Source: Octopus vulgaris (lineage: Eukaryota). From it: DNA of 64,000 nucleotides. The notes under the pieces are model-generated. The model was not told the DNA's origin. It saw only the letters and a program-made list of their open reading frames with translations, and made no database searches. Each line of letters begins with the position of its first letter. Position 1 is the stretch's first letter. Where the stretch lies: the NCBI GenBank assembly GCA_951406725.2, contig OX597836.1, positions 25,544,001 through 25,608,000 on the forward strand, written 5' to 3'. A program made the position numbers and the translations under genes. Shown here one piece after another: positions 14,460 through 28,837 of the stretch.

Positions 14460-14670
14460 TCTACTGGAAGCACAAGGCCTCAAATTTTGGGGAAGGGATT
14501 AAGGCGATTACATCGACCTCCGTGCGTAACTGGTACTTATTTAATCGACTCCGAAAGGATGAAAGGCAAAGTCGACCTCGGTGGAATTTGAACTCAGAAC
14601 GTAGCGACGGGTGAAATACCACGAAGCATTTCGTCTGGCACGCTAACGATTCTGCCAGCTCGGCGCCTTC

Positions 14671-14710
<40 letters not shown>

Positions 14711-14960
14711 TTAATAATAATAATAATAATAATAATGATAATAATAATAATAATAACAATAATAGTTTCAAATTTTGTCACAAGGCCAGCAGGATCGGGG
14801 CAGGGTGTAAGTCGATTACTTTAGTGGTTCTTAGTTTATCGATCCCGAATTGACAGAAGGCAAAGTCTACCTCGACGGAATTTGATCTCAGAACGTAAAC
14901 GACAGACGAAATGTCGCTAAGCACTGTGTCCAGTGTGCTAAACATTCTGCCAACTCGTCA
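14460..14960 (-). mobile_element. Two SINE family C copies separated by (AAT)n
   Basis: 14460-14670 and about 14762-14960 are reverse-complement homologs of family C. Confidence 0.75.
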
Positions 14961-15137
14961 ATAATGATGATGATGGTTATGATGATGATGATGTTGACGG
15001 CAACGACGACGACGATGATGATGCTGATGATGACTTTTTATTGCCACCAGGGCGACAGATGAAGGGGACGTTCAAAGACAGACATAAAGTGTGGAGATTT
15101 ACATAATGATAGTAGTAGTAGTAGTAGTAGCAGTAGT

Positions 15138-15169
<32 letters not shown>

Positions 15170-15333
15170 TAGTTGTAGTAGTAGTAGTAGTCATGAAAAT
15201 AAAGATGACATATGATCCGATGTACAGACTTGAAAGGAAAAACATGAAACGCTGCAAAACTTTCGAATACATAATTCTTCTTGATAAATGAAGCAATAAT
15301 TACAAGATGACTTACACATACACACACACACAC

Positions 15334-15403
<70 letters not shown>

Positions 15404-15447
15404 CATGTATATATATATAATATATATAACTAGATAGGTAGACAGAC

Positions 15448-16003
15448 GGCCAGACGAAATACCTATTTCTTTATTACCCACAAGGGGCTAAACATAGAGG
15501 GGACAAACAAGGACAGACATAGGTATTAAGTCGTCATGATCATCTGTATCATCGTCACTGGTACTTAATTTATCGACCCCGAAAGGATGATAGGCAAAGT
15601 CAACCTCGGCGGAATTTGAACTCAGAACGTAGCGGCAGACGAATACGGCTACGCATTTCGCCCGGCGCGCTCACGTTTCTGCCAGCTCGTCGCCTTACTG
15701 CTTGTATTTTATCATTTTAATTCATGCTCACGAGTGTGACGAAGGATGTCCGGACAATGGCCATAAGCTAATATAATAAAATACAAGCAGTAAGGCAGCG
15801 AGATGGCAGAATCGTTAACACGCCGAGCGAAATGCCTAGCGGTATTTCGTCTGCCGTTACGTTCTGAGTTCAAATTACGCCGAGGTCGACTTTGCGTTTC
15901 ATCCTTTCGGGGTCGATTAAATAAGTATCAGTTATGCACTGGGGTCGATATAATCGACTTAATCCGTGTGTCTGTCCTTGTTTGTCCTCTCTGTGTTTAG
16001 CCC
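15448..16003. mobile_element. Head-to-head pair of SINE family C copies (15448-15697 minus, 15791-16003 plus)
   Basis: Homologous copies in opposite orientation about 95 bp apart. Confidence 0.8.
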
Positions 16004-16155
16004 CTCTCTGTCCTGTCTGTGTTTAACTGGTCTTTCATAAACAACGTTGCCCGGATTTGTGCCTGTGAGGGTAACTTTCTAGGTACAATCCCAGGGTCTG
16101 TGTCATGACCGAAGGGGGCCTCAGATATTTATATATATATATACATACATACATA

Positions 16156-16204
<49 letters not shown>

Positions 16205-17334
16205 ATATAAATTATGTCTGTATGTATATATTGTATATACATATATATTATATATATACATATATATGAATATATAAATGTATGTATTATGTATATCTTT
16301 TCAATGTGTACGAATAACAAAGAAAAACAGATAAATAGTGACCAGGGTAGCAGGAATTGACATAAGCGCCAAAGATGAATGCATTGTTTTACATAATTTT
16401 TGTTCCCTCCGGAATAATTTCAATGCTTTTTTCGAAACATATGTTGGAAGTATAAATGGTTTGAATAACACCTACGCTTGATTCCATTTCGTAATTTATC
16501 TATGTATATATATATATATAATAACAATAATGTAAATAGGAGTCATTGAAAGGGAATATGCTTATAATACATGAAAATGCTCAGCGAAGGAATGCATATG
16601 GTCTTAGGTGTACTCAGCATGGAATTGGTTGTAGTTAAACAAGAACAGCACTAATAACCACAATAGTTATAACAAGAGCGATAACAGTTTTTAGTGAAAT
16701 GGCAAGTAGAATAAAATACTTCAGCGACCTTAACGAGGAGAAGAATTGCTGAAACGCAACCAATATTGACAAATTACAGGAATATGAAATAATAAATGCA
16801 ATAATTCTTGAAATATATGAATAAACATTACACGAAACGGAGAATACTTAAAGAGAAATATTGCAGCAAAAACGGAAAGAATTGGATTGAATACATGAAA
16901 AATGATGATGTTTTTATGATGGAAATAAAACATCCATCTCAATTTGATTCTATGAGGAGGTGGACTGAACCAATATTGGCGTAAACTAGTTTGCAATATT
17001 TCAAAGAGAAACTGAAGAACTGAGGGAGGTAAAGAGTTACTTGGAGGTATCAATAAGATATTTATGGATATAAAGTAGAGATAGGCATGAAGAAGAGGAG
17101 TAGGAGGAGGAGGAAGAGGAGGAGGAGGAGGAGGAAGAAGAAGAAGAGGAGGAGGAGGAGGAGGGGGAAGAAGAAGAGAAAGAAGAATTTTAGAAGAGTT
17201 CTAGAGCGATCCCATATGCAGTTGGTCTAACTACTTGTAGAAACAGCTTACACATCTTCAAATTACGCATACTTCGAAAATAAGGAATACGTTGTAGAGT
17301 GTCAATCTAGAATTGACATCACACGTGGTTACCT

Positions 17335-17505
17335 GCCCGATATTACACATCGCTTTTCACAATGCGCTTTTGCATTGTTTTTGCCTACGAATTACGTCAC
17401 CCCACTGGCTAGGCGTGCAGGCCAACATTACTCCCTGATCGAAGGGGAATGGAGCAATGTGAAATGAAGTGTTTCGCTCAAGAACACAACGCGTCGCCCA
17501 GTACG
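17335..17505 (-). mobile_element. SINE family D fragment (CORE-like); second fragment at 38122-38230
   Basis: Both share 'acacatcgct..tcacaatgcgctt.gcattgtttt.gcct...ctggcta.gcg.gcaggcca'. Confidence 0.55.
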
Positions 17506-18894
17506 CGCCTTTACAGATGACACACATATGAATAATAAAAGAAGGGGTGGTCACGACTGTAACGTTTTTTAGATTTATATCTGCTGGGCCCGGATTGACT
17601 TGAGGTCATACAGCAACAGTACGTATATTTGAAACCAAGAACTGGTCTAATAACAGGAAATAAGAAACTTGAGTAAAGATATTTTTTGTTCAATGAAGCC
17701 AATATCTGTGATAAAACTAAACAAGACAAATTTTTAGCATCAAAAGAAATAAAGCATGAAATACAAAGATGACACAGTATGGAGACAAAAAAACAAGCTT
17801 TTATCCGGACAATAGTTGGGAATTGAAAATATGCCACTGATGAACCAAAAACACTGGGATACGGAGATGGAGAAAACAATAGAATTTGAATACTCTTGGT
17901 TATTGCATCAATTCAAAACTTCTGTTTGGCTATATTAAGAAAGAAGGGAGAAAAAGGAGGAAACTATGTTGAGTTTGGATCCCAAAGCAACAGTTTAACG
18001 AGGTTTTTAATCAGATTAATTTTATGTTTTGTGGCGTTCAGTATGTTTTAAAATGCAATAGCTTTTGAATAGAGAAACAAATCTTTGAGATGAACATGAT
18101 GTAGAAATCTAACTGTATATACAATTAAGCCTTAAACACATCTCAGTGCATTATAGATCAGTCTCTTCCCTAGATACAAGATTTCTTCCAAAACAAGAAT
18201 TTCTTCCAAATATAAAACCTCAGATTTCTTCCAAACACGAGTTCTTATCAAATACAAAACGAAGTCTTAATATGATTGTTATTGTTTTTGCTTGTTGGTT
18301 TTGGGGCGGTGGCTTGGCAAAATTGTAAGTGCGTCGGACAAACTGTTTTGTGATTTTTGTTTCGGTCCTGCGTTCAAATCCAGCCGAAACCATCACTGTC
18401 TTTCAGCTTTTCAGGGTTTGATAAAACAAGTACGACTCAAATAGTGGAGGTCGATGGTAGTGTCTTAACCCCAACCCTCAAAATGACTAGTTGACGTCTC
18501 TGCTAGGAACATTTATCTGAGTCAGTCTCAGAGCCATGGATTGGCAGGCTCATTAGAGCATCGCCGGATTGAATGCATTGCAATATTTGTACCGGCTGTT
18601 TTCGTTGAGTTCGAATCCAGCTGAAGTCACCTTTGCCTTTCCCTCATTTCCAAGTCGATACAATAAAGTATCAGTCAGGTACTCGACCCAATGTAATCGA
18701 CTAACCACCACATCCCCCTCCTCCTCCTCCTCCTCCTCCTCATCATCATCATCATCATCATTATCATCATCATCATCATCATCATCATCGCACTACACAC
18801 ATCTTTTACTTTCAGGTTTTGTACCTATTTTAGAAACAGCAATTTTTGCTTAATATTACATCCCCAAATTCCACGGACCCATGTAAAACAGCAT

Positions 18895-18925
<31 letters not shown>

Positions 18926-18933
18926 AGCAGCAA

Positions 18934-18964
<31 letters not shown>

Positions 18965-19430
18965 ACAACAACGTCCTGTGATCTCAATCGAAGAAGACTT
19001 AGAGTTATTTATCTATTTATCTATTTATTTATTTATTTATTTATTTCCCCACCCCCTCTTATTTCTGACAGGAAATCAGATCTTAGACAAACAAAACTAA
19101 TATTTTCAAAACAGTCTAAATACTTTTGTACTTTTAAACTGGGAACAATACTTTTACGATAGTTTTGTTATTGCCGATGTTATCATTGTTGTTGTTCTAA
19201 GCATTGTGTCTTGCTTCCGTCCCTCCTTCCGCTCCTTAGGACCGAGGTTTTTTAGTTCCATAACAAACCAAAATCTGTTTGCTTGGTTAGGTCTAAAACT
19301 AATACAATACATTCCTCTCTGCCGACCAGACTCAACTCTACTCCCCTCCCAACCTCCAACTCTGCATATAGCTAATCTTATTGCCAATACAGCTCTTCCA
19401 CACAGATCGATCATCAGCATCAGCATCATC

Positions 19431-19465
<35 letters not shown>

Positions 19466-19857
19466 CTTCTTCTTCTTCTTCTTCTTCTTCTTCTTCTTCT
19501 TCTTCTTCTTCTTCTTCTTCTTCTTCTTCTTCTTCTTCTTCTTCTTCTTCTTCTTCTTCTTCTTCTTCTTCTTCTTCTTCTTCTTCTTCTTCTTCTTCTC
19601 CTTCTTCTATCTTCTTCTTCTTCTTCTTCTTCTTCTTCTTCTTCTTCTTCTTCTTCTTCTTCTTCTTCTTCTTCTTCTTCTTCTTCTTCTATCTCTTCTT
19701 CTTCTTCTTCTTCTTCTTCTTCTTCTTCTATCTCTTCTTCTTCCTCTTCTTTTTCTTCTTCTTCTTCTTCTTCTTCTTCTTCTTCTTCTTCTTCTTCTTC
19801 TTCTTCTCTTCTATCTCCTTCTTCCTCTTCTTTTTCTTTTTCTTCTTACTGTTGTTG

Positions 19858-19922
<65 letters not shown>

Positions 19923-19958
19923 ATTATTAGCAGTAGTAGTAGTAGTAGTAGTTGTAGT
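19431..19958. repeat. Compound microsatellite (TTG)n(TTC)n(ATT)n(AGT)n
   Basis: Read directly; about 380 bp is nearly pure pyrimidine. Confidence 0.95.
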
Positions 19959-20160
19959 AAGGCGGCGAGCAGGCAGAATCGTTATCAAACCGGACAAAAT
20001 ACTTAGCAGCATTTCGTCCGTTCCAATTCTGCCGAGGGCGACTTTGTCTTTTATATTCCGGAGTTGATAGAATAAGTATCAGATGAGCACAGTGGTCGGT
20101 GTAATCAACTTAGCCACCCTCCCGAAATTGCTGGCCTTGCGCCAAAATTTGAAACCATTA
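19959..20160 (+). mobile_element. SINE family C copy within trinucleotide repeats
   Basis: aaggcggcgagc head and ccaaaatttgaaacc tail. A similar copy lies at 22684-22900. Confidence 0.7.
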
Positions 20161-20334
20161 TTATTATTGTTGTTGTTGTTGTTGTTGTTGTTGTTATTAT
20201 TGTTATCATCATCATCATTATTATTATTATTAATATTATTATTAATTTCTTTATTATTTTCTTTGCAAGCTTCAGCAGACACACGACACAAAGATATATT
20301 TCTGAATACACTAGCAGCAGCAGTAGCTGTAGTT

Positions 20335-20418
<84 letters not shown>

Positions 20419-21159
20419 ATTGTTGTTGTTGTTGTTGTTGCAGTAAATTCGTTGTTAGAAATCAACGGGCATTTTTTTTTACCGCTATACCTCTACACCA
20501 TCCAACACCACCACCACCACCACCACCACTACCACCAACACCACCACCACCACCACCACCACCACCACCACCACCACCACCACCACCACCACCACCACTA
20601 CCGCCGCCGCTGCCAACACCAACACCAATGCACTAGCAATATTACTACCACCATCGCCGCCGACTAGCGGGAAGCACGGGACAGGTATGGCGTTTTTTAT
20701 ACGTTTTACAATAAAAGAGAACTCTTTCTCCACAGTAACTGCAGTAAATTTGCCTTTAGAAGTTAAAAAATATTACAAAAATATCTTAAACAGCCTAAAA
20801 ATAGCCGAAGCTGCTATTTTTATTCCGACCAGGCGGTTCACTAGCACAGCTCAGTCACTGATATTGACTATATCTTAGTTAAAGCTACGGTTTTGAATCT
20901 GCTCAGGGTTATCTCTCTTCGTTATTTCCCATTGTCGAAGGTTAAGGAGTCAGAAATGCGTGTCTGGAAATCCACTAGATGGAAGCACTGGGCAGATATG
21001 GTAATTTTACATCTTTTAACCATAAGCGAAAATATTTTCCTCCACGGTAAATGCAATGGATTTTCTTTCAGAGGTTAAAATATGTGAAATATATTTTAAC
21101 TAAAGTTTGTTTATTCCTAGTCAATGATTGGCGCTACTGCTGCCGTGTGCTGTATCGTC

Positions 21160-21554
21160 TTTTATTCTTGTATTTCTTTCAGTCATCTGACTGCGGCCAT
21201 GCTACAGCATCGCCTTTTAGTCGAACAAACTGAGCCCAGGACTTATTCTTTGTAAGACTAGTACTTATTCTATCGCCTTTCTTTTGCCGAACCGCTATAT
21301 ATAAAAGGGACATAAACACACCAACATCGGATGGCAAGCGATGGTGGGGGAACAAAGACAGACAAACAAGCACATATACATACATACATACATATATATA
21401 CGACGAGCTTCTTTCAGTTTCCGTCTACCAAATTCATTCACAAGGTTTTGGTCGGCCCGAGGTTATAGAAGACACTTGCCTAAGATGCCAAGCAGTGAGG
21501 CTGAACCCAGAACCAAGTGGTTGGTAGCAAGCTACTTACCACACAGCTACTCCT
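21160..21554 (-). mobile_element. SINE family B copy
   Basis: Same organisation as 12481-12942, more diverged. Confidence 0.8.
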
Positions 21555-21561
21555 AGTGTGC

Positions 21562-21692
<131 letters not shown>

Positions 21693-21709
21693 AGTATATT
21701 TGTCACTTA

Positions 21710-22050
21710 AATGTGGCTAACCACTAAGGGCGGATGCTACTGTAGCTTGTAGCCCCAGGAGAACATCTTCTCCAGCTGGCTATTGACACACTTTCTGTGG
21801 CCTATCAGTATTTGCAAAGGAAAGCCATCCTTCCCATCGTCGACCTGACGTGATACGCACGTACCCGGGTTTCTGAGTATTTACACGTCGTCAGTGCACG
21901 ACAATCACCGGTCTTCGATGCAAAGGGGTCCCAATGCAAGTACATATATCCTTTTTCCAGTGACGAAAAGTCACTGATCTCGAAAAAGTGTAAACAAGCC
22001 ATAATAAATCTCTGAACGAGGTATAAACAGTAACTGCACGACAATGTGAA
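21710..22050. repeat. Interspersed family G (carries a hammerhead); second copy at 57988-58170
   Basis: Shared 'tggctaaccactaaggg...tagccccaggagaacatc.tctccagct.gctattgacaca...gtatttgcaaagg...gtgatacgcacg'. Confidence 0.75.
21856..21900 (-). ncRNA. Minimal hammerhead ribozyme motif with stem III palindrome CCCGGG
   Basis: Minus strand: CGUGCA-CUGACGA-CGUGUAAAUACUCA-GAAA-CCCGGG-UA-CGUGCG. Core intact; stems I and II imperfect. Confidence 0.55.
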
Positions 22051-22466
22051 GTATATTTGCCACGTGGAAGTCAGACTAGGCTGCAATTCCATTAATATAT
22101 TCTTCTATACACGATCATATAAACTCGGATATATATATATATATATATATTCACATAGAGATGAGTTTTTGCAGGTTTTTATTTTGAGAAGGAATTCACT
22201 AATGTGGTGGTGGTGGGGAAAAGGGGTGGTAAAATGAAAATGGTTTTTTAATTTGGGATTTCATTTCCAACAGAAAAATTTTAAGATTTCTTTGTGATTT
22301 GTCTTCAAGCAAGAAAACTTTAAAGTAAAACTTTGCTGTTTCTGGCGATAAACTTTCATTTAGAAGCATTTATACAAAAAACTCAGCAACAACAACAACA
22401 ACGTAAAAGGGGGGAGGGGCGATCGATATTTTCTTATAGTTACTACTACTACTACTACTACTACTA

Positions 22467-22507
<41 letters not shown>

Positions 22508-22531
22508 ACTAATACTACTACTACGACGACA

Positions 22532-22665
<134 letters not shown>

Positions 22666-23076
22666 TATTATTGTTATTATTATTAAGGCAGCGAGCTAGC
22701 TGAATCGTTACCGTAACGGACAATATACTTAACAGCATTTTGTCCGTCCTTACGTTTTGAGTTCAAAATCCGCCAAGATTGACTTCGCCTTTCATCCTTT
22801 CGGGGACGATAAGTTAAATATAAGTTGATCATTGGATCGATGTAATCGACTTGCCCCTCCTCTAAAATTGCCGGCCTAGTGCCCAAAATTTGAAACTATT
22901 ATTATTATTTCTATTATCATCATCATCATTATCATCATTATTATTATTATTATTATTATAATCACTCACCCAAAATTTCAGGCCTTGTGCCTGTAGCAGA
23001 AAGGATTTTTAAAATCATTTCATTATATGTAAGCCCCAACACTTTATTCTGTCTTTGTATTGACCCCTCATCCTTC

Positions 23077-23735
23077 ATTTTATTGCCTTTGCACAGCTTC
23101 TAACGCTGGAGATGTACTACGATGTCAGCTGTTCAGTACCAGTGACCTAAGGTAACACCTCTTATTTTTCGAACACCTTCCAAAGTATTCGAACGGTTCC
23201 AAGCAGTGCTGTTTTCTGCAAGTGCTCCACCCTTATTGCAGCCCCTATTTGTTCCATGTACTTCTCAAGATTTTTACCCACTGTTTCCAGGGCTCCGACA
23301 ATTATTGGAACTACCACTACCTTTTTCGTCGACCACAGCTACTTAACTTCCAAAGCTAACCTGTCATGTCTATCGACTTTTCTTTCTTCCTTATCGTATA
23401 CCTTGTTGTCAGCTGGGCATGCTATATCTATGATCAAGCACAGTTTGCTTTCTTTCTCAATTATCACTATGTCTGGCTTCCTATTCTCTGTCTCATGGTC
23501 GCACTGAATCATAAAATCCCATAGCATCTTTGCATTATCAGTTTCAATGATGCCTTCGGGTTTATGTTCGTGCCACTTTTTTGCTCTGTCAAGTCCATAC
23601 TTGTTGCAAAGTGTCCAATGGACAATCCTTGCTATATTGTCATGAAGTCTCTTATATTCTTTCTGGGTGTAGTGGCGTACATTGGCTGGTAATATGCCAT
23701 ACGGTTTCACCATTTTGTCCACAGATTCTGCACTT
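23077..23735 (-). mobile_element. 5'-truncated R4/Dong-type non-LTR retrotransposon (CCHC knuckle, restriction-like endonuclease, 3' UTR)
   Basis: CRICGQNGETVWHITSQC, frameshift, QKEYKRLHD...LWDFMIQCD...RKPDIVII...IIDIACP...K, internal stop, VVPIIVGAL...LQKTALLGT. 5' junction abuts (TAA)n. Confidence 0.9.
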
Positions 23736-23745
23736 ACTATTATTA

Positions 23746-23819
<74 letters not shown>

Positions 23820-23846
23820 GTTTTGTTGCTGTTATCATCATCATCC

Positions 23847-23927
<81 letters not shown>

Positions 23928-24618
23928 ACATCATCATCACCATCACCATCGTTATTATTATTATTATTATTATTATTAGCTTCTTGTTTATCTTATTTTG
24001 ATTTCTAGCTCCCCTCCAGGCACCAACCGCATTCCATATTTTCCTATCATCGATTATTTTGATAACAGTCTCTTAGTTTTCTTTCAGCAAATATATATAT
24101 ATATTCTTCGCAAAAACACTTCCAGTCTCACGTGATTCTTCCAAAGACATTTATCACGCGCTTTATTTTTGTTACATTAATGTTGTAGTTTTAATTTTAC
24201 ACTTAAGTAATAATTTTTTCCTTCGTATTTTGTTTTTATCATTGTATGTTTTTTTAAATATTTTTTTATCAAATCTTGTTTTTTTTTTCTCTTATTCCTA
24301 AGAGCATGATAAAATCTTGCTGCTAATTGAAAGATATTAATTACAAAACAACAAGAATTTTCTATACAGATACATGTAAGGTTTCATGTTTAACACACGA
24401 ATACATACAAGCGTATACACACATACACATGCGTAAATATATGCACACATATATACATGCATACCTACTTAGACACACACACATACACACACGAACACAC
24501 ATGTATATACATACTTGTATACATACATTCTTATGCATACAAGCATACCTATCTAGATACAAGCATACATACGTACATACGTACATACATTTATACATAT
24601 ATGCATACACACACACAT

Positions 24619-24649
<31 letters not shown>

Positions 24650-24720
24650 CATGCACACTCACAAACATACATATATACATACATATATACATGTCTACAA
24701 ACATATAAGTACATAGAGAC

Positions 24721-24783
<63 letters not shown>

Positions 24784-24825
24784 GATAGATAGATAGATAT
24801 AAGTACATAAATACATAGATACATA

Positions 24826-24896
<71 letters not shown>

Positions 24897-25460
24897 CATA
24901 TATATATTTACATACAAATATAACTATATCCATTAGTACATACATACATACATAAGAATTGAACAAATATATATTTGGTGTGAACAGACAGCTGCTAATC
25001 TTGGAATGATTCTCAGAGATTTCCCTGTCTGCAATTATCAACCAGTAATATTATCAACCGTGTTAAACAAATTTGTTATTAGCATTGACCGTAGAACAGC
25101 GAATTGGCAAAATTAGTAGAGCGTTCGATCGGTTGTATTGCGGTGTTAGTTGCGACCAACGCGCCGCTAGTTCAAATGTTGCCGATGTCCGTTCTATTTT
25201 TATGGTATTTTAATCCGTTTTTTTTTTTACTTTTCGACAATAAAGACCAGCGTTGGTGTTAATTTGCTTCGGTCTTTCCATTTTTCTTGTGCAATATTGG
25301 GGGATTGGAGAGGGGAGACTGGCATGTGTGGACAGCTTCTGGCCTTCTATAAAATAACCTTGTCTTGGTCTACATTTTGGAGAAGAACTTTCAAGGTGCT
25401 GATCCACAGTGTCACGGGACATTCGAATGCCTCAGAATCTTCTGTTTACACACACACACG

Positions 25461-25543
<83 letters not shown>

Positions 25544-25559
25544 GAGAACCACCATTTTT

Positions 25560-26110
25560 ATTGAAGATGGTAGTGATACTTGTTTCAATCTTGAATTTAC
25601 CAAGCGGAAAATCATTACAAACAGCATAACTGGATACAATATCAACCTCAAAAGGCAACATTGGAAATGATAAACATGGTTTTAAATGTTTCATGAGTGA
25701 GGAGAGAGAATAATATAAATACTTGAAGGGTTTTATAAACGAAATAATTTGGGTTCCTTCCTAACATATCAACTGCCTGACAGACCTTACTCAGTACCAG
25801 AAGGACACACGACATTCACATGGCTGTATGACGTTTGTTGTATCACTGTTCATATTGATATTTGGCGAATTCGATTGGACACTAAAGGAGATTCTAACCA
25901 TTGATTATTAACTACCGCCAGAATATTCTTAGACACTGATACTGAGAGGCTCCACTTAAAACGAAACAAGGAGGCAGAAGTATAACATCAATCTAAACAG
26001 CCATTGCATGTCACATCGTATGCTTTCGACAACATTTATTAAGCTCTCAATGTCGAAGCGCAAACAAGAATCACACAGATATTGAGCGATATCCCTTTGT
26101 CCACAGCCGT
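25560..26110 (+). mobile_element. Degraded R4/Dong-type RT/thumb region
   Basis: Residual motifs YKYL, FGEFDWTLKEI and DTERLHLKR followed by GGR in another frame. Many disruptions. Confidence 0.5.
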
Positions 26111-26212
26111 TGTTTAGCTCAGTCTGATATTGTTCATGTAAAGAATTTTCTGAGCATCGATCGAAAATTCAGCGCTTCCTCTTTCCGTCTTAGTTCCCCC
26201 CACCTTTTTTTT

Positions 26213-26618
26213 ATACTCTTTACTCTTTTTTACTCTTTTACTTGTTTCAGCCATTTGACTGCGGCCATGCTGGAGCACCGCCTTTAGTCGAGCAAATCGA
26301 CCCCAGGACTTATTCTTTGTAAGCCCAGTACTTATTCTATCGGTCTCTTTTTGCCGATCCGCTAAGTGACGGGGACGTAAACACATCAGCATCGGTTGTC
26401 AAGCAATACTAGGGGGACAAACACAGACACACACACACATACATACATATATATATATATACGACAGGCTTCTTTCAGTTTCCGTCTACCAAATCCACTC
26501 ACAAGGCATTGGTCGGCCCGAGGCTATAGCAGAAGACACTTGCCCAAGATGCCACGCAGTGGGACTGAACCCGGAACCATGTGGTTGGTTAGCAAGCTAC
26601 TTACCACACAGCCACTAC
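26213..26618 (-). mobile_element. SINE family B copy
   Basis: Full-length homology, tandem tactcttt tail. Confidence 0.85.
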
Positions 26619-26745
26619 TGCTTGTTTCTACATATGTTTGTATCAATTGTCATCAAACGACACTTGTTTAGCTTCAATGAAAACAAAATGAAGTTGTCAT
26701 TTTTTCTAAATCGTATAATTTGTATTATTTCCCCATTTATTCCTC

Positions 26746-27247
<502 letters not shown>

Positions 27248-27645
27248 AAGCCATCAAAATCGTGGAAGTCAAAGGAGCTTCCCAGAAAATATTCATTACT
27301 GTTAGACGAGGAAGCAAAATGGTTACCCGGTACCAAGAACTATTATATATTAGCTTCCATTTTGAAGGACATGCTTTTGCTATCTGGGAACTAGAAATAA
27401 AAACGATCTACCTGCTGTAGAAAAGGAAAAGAGAAGCAGATACAATGCATATGTTGGGCCACTAAAACAAACTGTGGAATTAATAATGAAGGATATTATA
27501 AGCAGCTGTCCGAAAATATTGAATGGATGATGTCAGACATTGAGGTTTGATGAATAACCAAAACACATCGAATGCAATCAGTGGGAAGGATGGACATGAA
27601 AATAAAACATAAGCAGTAACAGCCAAGCAGAGAGAGCATAAGGAC

Positions 27646-27717
<72 letters not shown>

Positions 27718-27786
27718 GGAGTAAACACATAAATGTGAAACAAGGTGGAAAAAAGAGTACTCAAATACCAGTGGTAGAGTAATATG

Positions 27787-27888
27787 CTTTATTTAAAGCA
27801 GAGAAAATTCAACAAAACCTGTTACTCTGAGTTTCACGTGAAACTCAGAGTAACAGGTTTTGTTGAATTTTCTGCTGCTTTAAATAAA

Positions 27889-27889
<1 letters not shown>
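27787..27889. repeat. Spacerless palindrome centred on CACGTG
   Basis: ~51-bp arms with a single 1-nt bulge. Confidence 0.95.
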
Positions 27890-27952
<63 letters not shown>

Positions 27953-28134
27953 TATATAATTTAAAGTTGTCCGACACGTGTTTCTGCTGCACGGACAACT
28001 TACAATGTGGTTTACATTTGCGTCCAGTTTGTTCATCTGGTTAAGAAGGTTTGCAGTTTTATTCAAGGTGTTGGGCACTACTGCAATTTAAATAGACACA
28101 CACACGTGTATATATATATATATGAAGATACTGG

Positions 28135-28450
28135 TAGGACGTTTCTATGTTAACGACTGAAAACAAAGGTCTAATAAGCCAGACATAATGATTTAGGATA
28201 TAGAAATTAAAGTTACCTTAGTAAGAGAAATCAGTCGTCTAAAAGACATAAGATGGTCTTAAAGATGAAATTAAAAGAATTATCTACGCCGAACTAATCA
28301 GAAATCTGTAGACCGTGAAGCAAGACTATAATTTAGACGACATACATTGGAGTCGATCTTGAAAATCTAGGCTTTACTAAATCAGAAACAAGAGAAGAGA
28401 TAACTAGTTGGTATTAAAGGAATTGTAAAAATGTCTGGAATGTGAAATAT
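28135..28450 (+). mobile_element. Degraded RLE-type non-LTR C-terminal fragment
   Basis: NKPDIMI*D.E.K...EIS and YAELIRNL motifs. Confidence 0.45.
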
Positions 28451-28568
28451 TCCAGACATTTGTCCTGTAGTATATACATAAATACACATACACGTGAACT
28501 TACATACCTATATGCATACACACACACACATACACACGTACATAAATAATACTTATTTGCATACATAC

Positions 28569-28601
<33 letters not shown>

Positions 28602-28780
28602 GTACATACATATATACATACACACATTCACATATACATATTTACATACATAGATACACTCATTATATAATATATATATTTATGTATGTAGATATATTTA
28701 TATACACACACATTCACATATACATATATGCATACATACGTATTAATGCATACATACAAACACATACATACATACACACA

Positions 28781-28837
<57 letters not shown>

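Noticed and set aside
19206-20006. 266-aa ORF and other long low-complexity ORFs (36080-36874, 20083-20667, 7492-8028, 14084-14591)
   Set aside because: They are translations of stop-free microsatellites with no domain content.
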